A stretch of 64,000 nucleotides of DNA, taken from the IMG/VR virus record IMGVR_UViG_3300024255_000023, positions 523 to 64,522 of that record. One strand, 5' to 3'. Shown piece by piece: positions 31,501 through 39,079 of this stretch. The position numbers and the translations under genes were made by a program. Within the stretch, counting starts at the first letter, position 1; each line of letters starts with the position of its first letter. Source of the stretch: a virus (Duplodnaviria; Caudoviricetes). The notes beneath the pieces were generated by a model, which worked only from the letters and a program-made list of their open reading frames with translations, did not search any database and was not told where the DNA came from.

Positions 31501-33726
31501 ACAGCTGAAACTGACAAACTTACTGATATTATTGTTAACAGCTTTGGTAACAACTATCTAACAACTCCAACTGTAACTATTACAGGCGGTGGCGCAAGCA
31601 CACAAGCATCAGTAACTGCAACTACTAACAACAATGGTGTTAATAGAATTCTTATTGACACTGATGCTGACAATGATCCATTACGTGGAGACGGCTATAC
31701 TAGTGTACCAACAGTAACAATTACTGATCCTAGTGCAAGAATAGTAGCACTATCAGTTGGATCTACAAACAATGCATACTTACCATTATCAGCAGCAGTT
31801 GATGATGCTTGGACAGCAGGTAATCCATTACCAAGCTCAGTTTACTCAGATATTACATTTGGTAACGGAGTATATGTAGTAACAGGCGGTACTGGCGGTT
31901 CAGGTAGTGCAGCTACATCAACAGATGGATCAACTTGGGTATCGAGAACAATTACTAACCCAGCAGCTGGCAACTTTGTTGCACTAGCATTTGGTGCAAC
32001 TAAATTTGTAGCACTAAATGATAACGGTGCTTCTGCAATATCAACTAACGGTATTGTTTGGACAGTAGGCGGCACATTGCCAGGAAGTTCAACTGATTGG
32101 ATTGACATCACTTACGGTAACGGAAGATTTGTTGCAATAAGTGCAAGTGGTGATTATGCAGTTAGTGTTGATGAAGGAACAAATTGGACTACAGTAGGAA
32201 CAACTTTAGCAAATATGTTCAATACAGGATGGATAGGTATAGAATATGGTCAAGGATTATTCCTTGCATCGAGAGCAGGATCATCGGATTGGGCTGCTAG
32301 CCAAGATGGACTGATTTGGACACCAAGATTAGAATCTGGTACTGAAACGTTCAAAGCATTTGCATTTGGTAACCCATCGAATAACCCAACTTGGGTAGCT
32401 GCTTCTAATGCTGCTAATACTACTGGACAGTATATTGCAACAGGCGCAACACCGATTGGTAGAGCGTATGTAGCTGACGGATCAGTTACTACATTAACTT
32501 TAAGAGAACCAGGAAGTAATTATCCAACTGGAACTATAACAAGTACAACAGCACCTAATACAATAGCATTATCGCTAACCTGGAATATGTATGTCGGACA
32601 ACCAATTACATTTGACGGTACTGCTTTAGAAACTATTGGATTAAGTAGTGAAACACTGTACTATATTAGTGCATTATCGGGTGGTAATATTGAAGTAAGT
32701 TTAACATCAGGTGGCGCAAGTTTTGATATTACAACTGTTACAACAGATAATATTGGAACAGTATCGTTTGAAGCAGGGCCAGTAGTAACAATTACTGATC
32801 CTAACTCAACAATTGATGCAGCAGTTAATCCAAGAATTAGAAGTGGTGCATTAGCTAACCCAACCTTTACTAACAGAGGTACAGGTTATACAACAGCAAC
32901 AGCTGAATTAGCAGGCGATGGTAACGCAGACTTGTATCAACCAAGTACGTTTATTGCTGTTAAAGGATTGTTTGAATTACCAGAACCAGGATCAAATGTT
33001 GAATTTGCAGGCATTGATGGTAGCTATTATAAGTTGGTTACAATTAGTAATGTTATCGGACAGCCTGGAAGCTACACAGCAACATTCCAAGTAAGTCCAG
33101 GACTAACAGTATTAAATTCTCCAAAAGACGGTACAGTAATTACAACTACTAACAAGTATTCACAAGTACGTCTAACAGGACATGACTTCTTGTATATTGG
33201 TACAGGTAACCAAGCAAAAACTAACTATCCATTTGTTGATATCACAACAGCAAGTATTGCAGCACAACAGTTAAGCAGTGGAGGCGGACGAGTATTCTTT
33301 ACAAGTACTGACCAAGATGGTAACTTTAACGTTGGCGGATTGTTTGGAGTGCAACAGTCCACAGGTACTGCGACATTGGATGCTGACGCATTTAACTTAG
33401 CAGGATTGCAGTCATTGCAACTTGGTGGTATTGCGGTTGGTATTGGCTCAGCAGTTATTACACAGTTTAGTACAGACCCGTTCTTTACAGAAAACAGTGA
33501 CAATATTGTTCCAACACAAAGAGCAATTAAATCGTACATCACCGCACAGATTGGTGGTGGACAGAGTAGCTTGAACGTTAACACATTAACAGCAGGTGTT
33601 GTATTCATTGCAAATGATGAAATAACAACTACCAGCGGCGGTCAGCTAAATATTAAAGCGAAGATGAACTTTACAGGTGGCATAGACGGCGCACCTGTAG
33701 CACTTGGATACTTCTTAAGCAGATAA
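22513..33726 (+). CDS. giant virion protein (3737 aa), paralog of 13676, with tandem phycobiliprotein/globin-like repeats
   Basis: AEFKLGRIRFVWQG; many W...YxxGDVVxYGG repeats; 8 CxRD helical repeats; SNDFTQVLSDGIG; STDQDGNFNVG. Confidence 0.8.
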   Translation: MAEFKLGRIRFVWQGDWSTSRTYVADDVVSFGGKSYICIKNHTSSAAFDTDFSNAIPKWDIVSDGTSWQGDWQPEYAYAPGDVVKYGALVYIAETGHTSATFVAPDYLGLEEDLDNWTEFATSFDWKGDWTVATRFKINDLVKYGGYVYLCKTAHVSAATVTLGLEPDQAKWELFSDGLVYTGDWTLGTRYRVNDIVKYGGNVFIAKAPHTAANFITDEAANWDVFIEGFQFEDSWANATVYQIGDTVTYGGYVYVAKTNNTNAQPTASPDDWEVFTTGFSFQGDWSSLDSYKVGDVVRIGGTTYVAIADSSDQEPPEAAFWSRLNSGVKWTRSTENFSQIAGANAAGGSGSGAKFDIVKSNTVYTVSVSTGFAGTGYANNDVITLSGANLGGTTPANDIVVTVTGVTGGAIDTITHTGYSSSWIAGRNYAVGDVAIYGASSFIVIAKHTSEVANRPDNDLTASYWNLLTLGSEALALEVEGDLVYYGNQGPTRLPIGVDGQILRATDGFPDWANYGLIDNVVYVGPLGNNVPAPESGLTIDKPFSSVRYALDQIRNGYLNPKTKQILKNNKQFLVKEASNWVKHNYNVTITASATGSRTFTCNSTENLVDGLPIVFDGVLGGVTAGTVYYVDAIVSATEFRIAATPGGISVILTNTTGSMQGDASVNFVNLEQDCCYVIDALVYDISRGGTLKTTEVTNSYYTAAGNEYISNVQRDQRVINEAVYAQLKVFVDEVLSNTTPINYQGLMGINTNQRAQQVIDLDLVAEAEGKTKASTLLDIVITGIEAKSNTAIALPVLPNTTVFIKTGTYNEILPMILPEYTAVVGDELRTSVVQPQPAIALLANDKAKSTNALNRIKDISSEIISNVAITPTTGNTVPQAYINGYGGTTQSNNRLNNSIEVVKNVLATGLSIVDTMPAVGPTPTSGSNNASDAGHLNAIAQIEANYEFIKKEITAWIAVQVAGSIAPFASNFVYNAETCARDVEYILDAIRYDLTYGGNFQTSVASRSYFVDGSPVYGAGEKEETLAAYARLKVVVGDVITETAVTVSDAGDGSGNDITQDTTGTAGSAAAETFAETRVQEIYDTIDTDGTLASVIAPDTSWVAGNFTTISAEITALKSSVQAGAITWVNTNYPNFTFNESKCSRDIGYIVDGLEYDILFGSTFNSLKSGMAYRRGISSTEVVLDNQLEPTLGTIEYTRNRLKYITTRTYKVQESTDLIVNILNNGSGSVPVNYTITDPVGYDAGFFNARRLIVANKDFIIAEAEAYMVDNYNTLWSSFDSDVKATWLEDVDSIVDALQYDLTYRGNNATQTHSNKYYNDALVFVRPGSEKDESLALILRLQNIIDNIAVGDSSGWTKSSSNSDTQDTTGTAGSAGAGTYAADRLGEIYATIDTAITSASVTPSVAWTDTALQAFKTTLDARKAIIQDATLDYIKYTYPTLNFTDSVCSRDIGLLIDSLVLDTVFDSNFLTSKLAEQYRSGVVVFTGANLTENLAAIAYVNSYITEITDGVVSTPGSRKHGDRAYKLIKDMNTVVQNGLGALPPSVFPTAPGYNTASFSNTAYATASNTTGVTTTYGDAAAQLVKNAAFIQDEIRHWLEDAGNGYDGVWNSISTDGQDRCIRDVGYILDAARYDLLYGGNTQSIVAGNAYFSNFVLTISATEVPATLAAYARLKVVVGEVIAETTVTASTGVTESQDTTGTAGNTNAVEFAQARVQDIVDHINNTLPNNTIEIANTWQQLELQNAYNRVVARKTELVEDVVFWVEKFAQELTFNQATCRRDAGLIVDALARDLYTGSNFATTKAGMSYYRLIASALKVKNEQLYATVGSMEFLAQKARRVATLPANAAIEMLIEDINAYIDGGQLPIQKWVTPATGGDANDIAAASIIWENTKFIQEEVIAFIAETYPELNYNKDKCRRDIGYIIDAIRYDLTYSGDAATLRAAEYYWTKDLNDENVHTLEADEKTATLAAYDHMKFLLEDLALNTLGSPGAVQTDYAPVFRDELQTIGDAGSLSKVTTLMNTLYNTIGDILAKPQLYITDVTNNIFTMDNNVPHNLTVGDEVEFTDAPSADYLLYFVKSTPSATTFSLATYFNGPIFEYSVGPTELFACPYRTASLTDVPAVLQQQFTNLTGSAEAIKTTITEYIADKFPTLDYNVEKCERDVGYIINAVGRDMMNNSNYQTVLNALAYYRGTSAAKVTGSQKVATVQSYRELKNKIGTFVNGSPVALKRTNQLMDIIINMLDNGANVTPEIHGTITYFNDRETINAADIMTANKNFLANEATAWIEQYYGGTVEDLAGSPGTVTFNSAHNLVVNDPIKFDSGAFGDLVAGTIYYVSEVVSATEIQISDKAGGESLVLGAATGSSVATYAFDRAACRRDTESYIDAIVMDLKYPGNANSWRAAQLYLNAVQGSERADMYHVRNATGVRNMTVSGLRGNLTELNDFGTRRPTAGSYVSLDPGFGPNDSVSWVTNKSCYVQNVTTFGVGCVGCKIDGALHAGGNRSIVSNDFTQVLSDGIGVWCSGNNSLTELVSVFAYYNYSGYLADLGGRIRATNGNSSYGTYGVIAEGTDTGENPIVAEVDNLSQDALVYSVLTDGEQQVLGFEFANAGTNYTNAEVAISGTGFNAAVNDTEFRDRAVIESRIIDLNDGNGTGGEDHVTAQNVAQGGTAYKVTVAATDTALGGAYVGMNIQLTAGTGVGQYGTVLRFNNGTKDALVYKPSYDNLTVSASVNTGNLLTVPSTDTLYVDMPIYLSDDIGGATKETLYFVTALVSGTQFTISDEVGGTDLSLTSETKNVVLYAAGFDHVIPGTTIATGLDLTTGYTIEPAVTYRSPGWNAVNIATAGSVAFGSMIYVDGRFVALQEGGTGTNYSTSGITWLAGGVLPTSGNWNKVATGGGTGATATAVIGGLGGSGAVLTTELGELNNIGAPGPTQISKVTVVNGGTGYQTAPTIVFTPTAGGGGATAVCTVKDGIIQEVIITSTGAGYSQAPTVTAETDKLTDIIVNSFGNNYLTTPTVTITGGGASTQASVTATTNNNGVNRILIDTDADNDPLRGDGYTSVPTVTITDPSARIVALSVGSTNNAYLPLSAAVDDAWTAGNPLPSSVYSDITFGNGVYVVTGGTGGSGSAATSTDGSTWVSRTITNPAAGNFVALAFGATKFVALNDNGASAISTNGIVWTVGGTLPGSSTDWIDITYGNGRFVAISASGDYAVSVDEGTNWTTVGTTLANMFNTGWIGIEYGQGLFLASRAGSSDWAASQDGLIWTPRLESGTETFKAFAFGNPSNNPTWVAASNAANTTGQYIATGATPIGRAYVADGSVTTLTLREPGSNYPTGTITSTTAPNTIALSLTWNMYVGQPITFDGTALETIGLSSETLYYISALSGGNIEVSLTSGGASFDITTVTTDNIGTVSFEAGPVVTITDPNSTIDAAVNPRIRSGALANPTFTNRGTGYTTATAELAGDGNADLYQPSTFIAVKGLFELPEPGSNVEFAGIDGSYYKLVTISNVIGQPGSYTATFQVSPGLTVLNSPKDGTVITTTNKYSQVRLTGHDFLYIGTGNQAKTNYPFVDITTASIAAQQLSSGGGRVFFTSTDQDGNFNVGGLFGVQQSTGTATLDADAFNLAGLQSLQLGGIAVGIGSAVITQFSTDPFFTENSDNIVPTQRAIKSYITAQIGGGQSSLNVNTLTAGVVFIANDEITTTSGGQLNIKAKMNFTGGIDGAPVALGYFLSR
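24229..29760 (+). repeat. about 10 helical protein repeats of 140-170 aa with a CxRDxGYxxDAxxYDL motif
   Basis: Cys codons at 25453, 25945, 26860, 27376, 27850, 28267, 28996, 29647; degenerate copies near 24529 and 26377; 39-nt exact DNA repeat 25590-25628 = 27513-27551. Confidence 0.8.
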
Positions 33727-33741
33727 CGGAGATAAATTAAA

Positions 33742-34062
33742 ATGGCAACAGGAAGATTAGGAGTACAGGATCTAACAACAGATACGAATACTACTGTGTA
33801 CACAGTACCAGTAGGAACGTATTCGATAGCTAATGTATCAATCACAAACAGAAATGCAACATCGATTTCGATGAAGCTGGCAATGGCAACAACGGCAACA
33901 CCTACTGCTGAAGAATGGATTGAGTGGAATACAGTTATTATTCCAAACGGTGTATTTGAACGTACAGGTTTAGTTATGCAGGGCGGACTAAATATAGTAG
34001 CAAATGTAAACTCTAATGACGTTGGAATTACAGTGTACGGCATTGAAACATCGACAACATAA
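33742..34062 (+). CDS. small beta-rich virion protein (paralog of 1947 and 12923)
   Basis: GGAG SD; TVYTVPVGTYSIANVSITNR...IIPNGVFERTGLVM. Confidence 0.75.
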   Translation: MATGRLGVQDLTTDTNTTVYTVPVGTYSIANVSITNRNATSISMKLAMATTATPTAEEWIEWNTVIIPNGVFERTGLVMQGGLNIVANVNSNDVGITVYGIETSTT

Positions 34063-34081
34063 TTAGACAGGGGAATTAAGA

Positions 34082-36283
34082 ATGGCACGTTATAATACAG
34101 CACCGCAAACACTGGAGGTAGATAGTGAAACTGAATTCACTTACGCATTCACTGGCGGAATAATATCGTTGACAGGTACACCAGGATACGAAGTAACAAT
34201 GGTAAGTCCAGTGTTTTTTCCAGGTAGTAGACAAACGTTCTATAATGCAACTGCTGACATGATTACTATTAGTACAGCAGCAGGACAAATTACAGGTAAC
34301 GGTGTTACACTAGGATCGTCAGTAGATATTCCAACTAACTCAACATACCAATTAACATCAGATGGTGCAAACTACGTACTAACAAGTGCGTTAGCTGGTA
34401 CTACAGTATTTGAATTACCGTTAACAACAAATGCTTTATTAAATGCAGATGGTCCAGTAGAACTAAATCCAGCAGATGCAAATGTACAAATCAAACCAAC
34501 AGGCACAGGCACAGTAGACATTAGTCCGCAATCTTCCGTTTCAGTTCAGCCAGGCGGGCAAGCTACTATTAGACCAGCAGGTGATTTAACTTTAGCATCT
34601 ACAACAGGAACAATTACACTCGGCGAAGCAGGAAAGCCAACAGCATTTCCAGGTAATTTAGACTTTACAGCAGCAGCACAAACAATTAATATATCACCAA
34701 CAGGTGCAACTAGTTCAGTAACTATTGATCCAGGTGGACCAGTAGTAATTGGATCAGGTGACACCGTAACTATTACTTCTGATACAGCTGGTAACATGGA
34801 CGGCATCAACGTTGGTGCTACTACAGCAGGCACAGGTAGATTTACAACACTTAATGCAAGTGGTAATACAACATTTAGTTCATCAACTGCTAGTTCCGGA
34901 AGCGGAAGCGGAGCAGTTGTTGTAACAGGCGGACTAGGAGTCGGCGGATCAATATTTGCTGGCGCAATGGATAATACTCCAATCGGTGCAGCAACAAAAA
35001 GTACCGGCGGGTTTACTACATTAACTGCAAGCGATTCAGTAACACTTACAAAAAATACAGCGTCAACTAATACTACATCAGGTACACTAGTAGTAACAGG
35101 CGGAATTGGTGCAAGCGGTGCAATTTATGCAGGTAGTTTCCAAGGCCCAATTGGCAATGTATCAAGCAATACAGGTACATTTACAAGTATAAATGCAAGT
35201 GGCGTAGTTGACATTACAGGTACAGGTGATGCAACAAATGCTACAGGCGATACAGGACAGCTACGTTGCGAAGGCGGAGCAAGTATTGCTAAAAGAATAT
35301 ATAGTGGGGGCGGATTTGTAGGAGCAATTGGTAACGTATCAAGAAGTTCAGGACAGTTTACATCATTAGATGCTAACGACACAGTTACATTAAGTCCATC
35401 AAATAAAAATGTTACACTATCGCCGACTGGCACAGGTACAGTTACAATTTCACCAGCTGGATCGTTAACACTATCTCCGGGTAGTGGTACAATTAGTAAC
35501 ATGTCAATATCAGGATCTACTGGCTCATTTACAAATTTAAGTGCAAGTGGAACATTTAGTTATAACGGTAACGGTACATTAGGTAATGCTACAAGTGACT
35601 CACATACTATGAACGGCACGTTAAATGTAAACGGTCCAGGTTTAGTGTTATACGGAAACGCACAGCCACAAATTACATTTAACGGATCAAGTGACTCAGG
35701 TGTTGATGGTGCAATTAGACTGGTATCAGGCGAAGGCTTTGATTTTTATGAGCCAGAAGACAGCAATAAGATTTGGTTCCAAATTAAAGATGATGCAGGT
35801 GTTAACGTAAACGTTGGATCATTCCAAATGGCTGGCAGTGACGTTATTGACGCATCTAAGAATATGACAAGTATACGTTGTATAGGCGTTAACACAGCAG
35901 ATCCAAACGTTGCAGGACGTATTACTGCTACTGAAAATATTGTTTCAAACACATCAGATGCTAGACTTAAAACAAACGTTACAAACATTACAGGTGCATT
36001 AGATAAAGTTATGTCACTTAATGGCGTAACATATAACTGGAATGAAAAAGCAATAGAAGCAGGTTTTAGTGCAGAAGTTGAAGAAGTAGGTCTAATTGCT
36101 CAAGAGGTTCAAGCAGTTATTCCTCAAGTAATTTTTGATGCACCGTTTGATAGAGGTGAGGAAGGCGAAAGCCTTTCAGGCGAAAACTACATAACACTAC
36201 AATACGAAAGAATTGTACCACTATTAGTTGAAGCAATTAAAGAATTAAAACAAGAAATAAATACATTAAAGGGAGACGCATAA
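34082..36283 (+). CDS. tail fibre with C-terminal intramolecular chaperone (peptidase S74-like)
   Basis: SDARLKTNV...LNGVTYNW...GLIAQEV...YERIVPLLVEAIKEL; GAVVVTGGLGVGG-type repeats. Confidence 0.85.
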   Translation: MARYNTAPQTLEVDSETEFTYAFTGGIISLTGTPGYEVTMVSPVFFPGSRQTFYNATADMITISTAAGQITGNGVTLGSSVDIPTNSTYQLTSDGANYVLTSALAGTTVFELPLTTNALLNADGPVELNPADANVQIKPTGTGTVDISPQSSVSVQPGGQATIRPAGDLTLASTTGTITLGEAGKPTAFPGNLDFTAAAQTINISPTGATSSVTIDPGGPVVIGSGDTVTITSDTAGNMDGINVGATTAGTGRFTTLNASGNTTFSSSTASSGSGSGAVVVTGGLGVGGSIFAGAMDNTPIGAATKSTGGFTTLTASDSVTLTKNTASTNTTSGTLVVTGGIGASGAIYAGSFQGPIGNVSSNTGTFTSINASGVVDITGTGDATNATGDTGQLRCEGGASIAKRIYSGGGFVGAIGNVSRSSGQFTSLDANDTVTLSPSNKNVTLSPTGTGTVTISPAGSLTLSPGSGTISNMSISGSTGSFTNLSASGTFSYNGNGTLGNATSDSHTMNGTLNVNGPGLVLYGNAQPQITFNGSSDSGVDGAIRLVSGEGFDFYEPEDSNKIWFQIKDDAGVNVNVGSFQMAGSDVIDASKNMTSIRCIGVNTADPNVAGRITATENIVSNTSDARLKTNVTNITGALDKVMSLNGVTYNWNEKAIEAGFSAEVEEVGLIAQEVQAVIPQVIFDAPFDRGEEGESLSGENYITLQYERIVPLLVEAIKELKQEINTLKGDA
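36256..36263 (+). promoter_or_regulatory. possible late promoter AATAAATA for the Cys-rich gene
   Basis: In the last codons of the fibre gene, just upstream of the GGGAG SD. Confidence 0.5.
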
Positions 36284-36284
36284 T

Positions 36285-37148
36285 ATGGCAACTGAGATGA
36301 TTAGCACGGGTATGAAATACCCAGACGGGACTTGTCAGCGAACAGCTGGTAGATCTCCAGGTGGTACATGTACTTGCTTTAACACTTGTTTAGTATGTTG
36401 TGGTCCACACACATGTAGATCACACTGCCAACGAACAGGCAGTTGGACAGTACCTGATTGTGCCCAAACAGTACAATTTGAAATGTGGAGCGGAGGCGGC
36501 TCAGGCGCAGGACACTGTTGTCAAGGTTGCTGGTGTGACATGGCTAGCTGTGGATCAATGAGTGGCTACTACGGTCGTAGAACACTATTTAGACAGAGCG
36601 GATGCTTTGCACCAGGATGTATTTACTGCTGGTGTATTGGTGCAGGCGGCAACGGTACAGTAAACAACGGCTGTGGCTGTTTTACAGCATGTTGTGATGC
36701 ACCGAGAGGGTGTATGACACGATTTGAAGGACGATGCTTATGTTGTACATGTATGACAGGCGGCAGAGGTGGATATAACCTTTTCTGTACTTGTAGATGT
36801 AATAACCAAGGTAACAGAACAGACGGCATGTGTGCTAACGGACTATGCTTTTGTCAAAAGTTTGACTGGATTGACTTAGGCGATGAACCAAGATTTTTCA
36901 AGTCAAGAGGAAACTGTGATTGTAACTCAAGATACACATCAGTTTCAGCATCTTGGAATATTAGTAACGGACACACTTATCATATTGAAGATTCAGTTGT
37001 TTACTGTGGTTGTACTAACTGTTGTAGAGGATTTAGACAAGTATCCGGCGGTGGATCTAACAACTTAAAATCATACTGCGGTGGATCAGTATCTCACTGT
37101 AGAGGTACTCCAGGCAAACCTGGCATGATGAGAATAACTTGGAGTTAA
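36285..37148 (+). CDS. Cys- and Gly-rich fibre-tip / adhesin-like protein
   Basis: About 41 Cys in 287 aa; SWTVP...FEMWSGGGSG...IGAGG...GKPGMMRITW Gly-rich domain framework. Confidence 0.75.
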   Translation: MATEMISTGMKYPDGTCQRTAGRSPGGTCTCFNTCLVCCGPHTCRSHCQRTGSWTVPDCAQTVQFEMWSGGGSGAGHCCQGCWCDMASCGSMSGYYGRRTLFRQSGCFAPGCIYCWCIGAGGNGTVNNGCGCFTACCDAPRGCMTRFEGRCLCCTCMTGGRGGYNLFCTCRCNNQGNRTDGMCANGLCFCQKFDWIDLGDEPRFFKSRGNCDCNSRYTSVSASWNISNGHTYHIEDSVVYCGCTNCCRGFRQVSGGGSNNLKSYCGGSVSHCRGTPGKPGMMRITWS

Positions 37149-37982
37149 ATGATGAGTGAAGAAGAAAACGTAATTGACGAAGGAAATCCAAACATCGATG
37201 GCAATCGAGACGAGCTAGATAGTGAAGTAATTGACTATAGAGACCTTGAGATGACTGACGAACACGGAACTGAGTGGGTTGAAGTAAACTACTCTTACGA
37301 ATGTCCAATAGATAATTATATGGATGGTGAAGAAACTGAAACTATTGATACTGTATATAAAGGTCCTAAATTTTTGTATCTTTGGGTAGAAAAAGAAACA
37401 AACCTTATCCGTCACATACAACGAGAGTTTGAAGTACTAGAGTCAACAGACAACTGGCAATACATGCCAGATCCTGAAGAAATGGTAATTGTTAAATTAG
37501 ATGCTAGAGAACATCCTTTAGATGCAGAAGTTATGTCCGACTATCATGATAACTATAAAGACAAAGAAGAATGGGTAGAAACTCCAGGATCGAAAACAAT
37601 TCCAGCAGTAGCTCCTGAAGGATACATTGTATTTGAATATGAGTATCCAATTCATCCAGATGATTTGTATGACGAAAAACTTAGTGTATGGAATTTTGAA
37701 ACTAATGAACTAGATTTGTATAAACATACAAATGTAGATATTATAGGCGAAGCAAACACCTGGGCAGAAATACGTTTAGAACGAGATCAGAGACTTGCAG
37801 CTACAGATACATTATTCTTAATTCTAAAGGATATAGATGAAGCAAAGTGGGATAAAATTGTTGCATATAGACAGCAACTACGTGACTTCCCAGCCAAAAT
37901 GCAAGAATTAAACGTTCCGTTAATATTTGTAGATTCTTGTTTTCCATTCTGTGATGTAATAGACAAAGCACCTACTGAATAA
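37149..37982 (+). CDS. acidic protein with C-terminal tail-fibre assembly chaperone domain
   Basis: WAEIRLERDQRLAATD...W...YRQQLRDFP chaperone motif. Confidence 0.75.
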   Translation: MMSEEENVIDEGNPNIDGNRDELDSEVIDYRDLEMTDEHGTEWVEVNYSYECPIDNYMDGEETETIDTVYKGPKFLYLWVEKETNLIRHIQREFEVLESTDNWQYMPDPEEMVIVKLDAREHPLDAEVMSDYHDNYKDKEEWVETPGSKTIPAVAPEGYIVFEYEYPIHPDDLYDEKLSVWNFETNELDLYKHTNVDIIGEANTWAEIRLERDQRLAATDTLFLILKDIDEAKWDKIVAYRQQLRDFPAKMQELNVPLIFVDSCFPFCDVIDKAPTE

Positions 37983-38005
37983 TAATTTATATTAATAACA
38001 ATACT

Positions 38006-38037
38006 AAAAAGGCTGTATGTTTATACAGCCTTTTTTT
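38006..38037 (+). terminator. rho-independent terminator, possibly bidirectional
   Basis: AAAAA-GGCTGTAT-GTTT-ATACAGCC-TTTTTTT. Confidence 0.9.
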
Positions 38038-38072
38038 ATCAGCCAGATCTTTCTTTAATATACTATTGAACC

Positions 38073-38080
38073 TATAAATA
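38073..38080 (+). promoter_or_regulatory. late promoter TATAAATA
   Basis: Exact T4 gp55 consensus upstream of the glycosyltransferase. Confidence 0.75.
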
Positions 38081-38113
38081 TTTTAGTAAATTTACTAAGA
38101 GGTGTATTATTAT

Positions 38114-39079
38114 ATGACAAGATCAACAGCTTTCTTTATCAATGGCGGCGCTGGCCGTGTTATAACTTCAATACCTGCATTTGAAGCATACGAAAAAGAA
38201 AATCCAAACGACGACTTTATTATTGTTTGCGAAGCAGGCACAGACTTTTATAAAGGTCATCCAACACTTCACAAACGAGCATACGACACATGGCATAAGG
38301 GATTGTTTGAATCTTTTATTAAAGAAAGAAATTGTGTTTCGCCAGAACCGTACAGAGTTTGGGAATATTATAATCAAGAATGTAGTTTAGCACAAGCGTT
38401 TGATATAGAAATTAATAACAAAGGCTTACGTGACGTTATTATCCCGTCAGTGTATCTTAATAAAATTGAAAAAGCACAAGGCGAAAATGTAGTTAAAGAA
38501 GTTAAAGAAACAACTGGCAAAGATAAAGTAATTGTAATACAACCGTTTGGACGAACAACTGAAGAAGATTTAATTGATGTTACATCAAGAAGTTTTAGAG
38601 CTGAAGATATGCTTGATATTGCCAATGAACTGAAAAAAGATTTTGCAGTTATATTAATGAGCGAAATACAATTAAATATGAAAAATACAAAAGATGATAA
38701 TATACCTATAGCTCAACCACAAATACCAGACATACGTGTATGGGCTGGAGTTATTAATGCCGCAGATCATTTCTTAGGTTGTGATAGTGTAGGACAACAT
38801 ATTGCTAAAGCACTTGATACACAGTCAACAGTAGTTATCGGAAGTACATATCCTATAAACACATCATACGTAGATGATAAGAGTGTTACAATTTTTGATA
38901 TTGGCAAAGACATGCGTGTGTATAGTCCAATTAGAATTACAAATGAAGAAGAACCTGATAGAGTAAACGACAAATGTATGGATTTATCTAAAGCACAAAC
39001 TAAAGATATTGTTGATTCAATTAGAAAAAAATTAGGAAAACCTAATAAAACATTATTAAGTGTAGGAGGCAGTAAATGA
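38114..39079 (+). CDS. GT9-like glycosyltransferase (ADP-heptose transferase family)
   Basis: GGAGRVI N-terminal loop, IVIQPFG, SRSF and INAADHFLGCDSVGQHIAKAL...VVIGST (GT9 DSxxxHxAxA motif); start moved to ATG 38114 behind the GAGGT SD. Confidence 0.7.
   Translation: MTRSTAFFINGGAGRVITSIPAFEAYEKENPNDDFIIVCEAGTDFYKGHPTLHKRAYDTWHKGLFESFIKERNCVSPEPYRVWEYYNQECSLAQAFDIEINNKGLRDVIIPSVYLNKIEKAQGENVVKEVKETTGKDKVIVIQPFGRTTEEDLIDVTSRSFRAEDMLDIANELKKDFAVILMSEIQLNMKNTKDDNIPIAQPQIPDIRVWAGVINAADHFLGCDSVGQHIAKALDTQSTVVIGSTYPINTSYVDDKSVTIFDIGKDMRVYSPIRITNEEEPDRVNDKCMDLSKAQTKDIVDSIRKKLGKPNKTLLSVGGSK

Noticed and set aside
4317-35988. Many minus-strand and alternate-frame ORFs of 60-160 aa inside the giant genes (e.g. 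21214-21690, 33225-33608, 33642-34112, 35125-35502)
   Set aside because: Shadow ORFs from the Thr/Gly/Ala/Val codon bias of the real genes; no SD or recognisable motifs
36285-37148. Cys-rich ORF as a RiPP precursor, metallothionein or DGR target
   Set aside because: Too long, has a Gly-rich fibre-tip framework and fibre/chaperone neighbours; no radical SAM enzyme, reverse transcriptase or template repeat in the window
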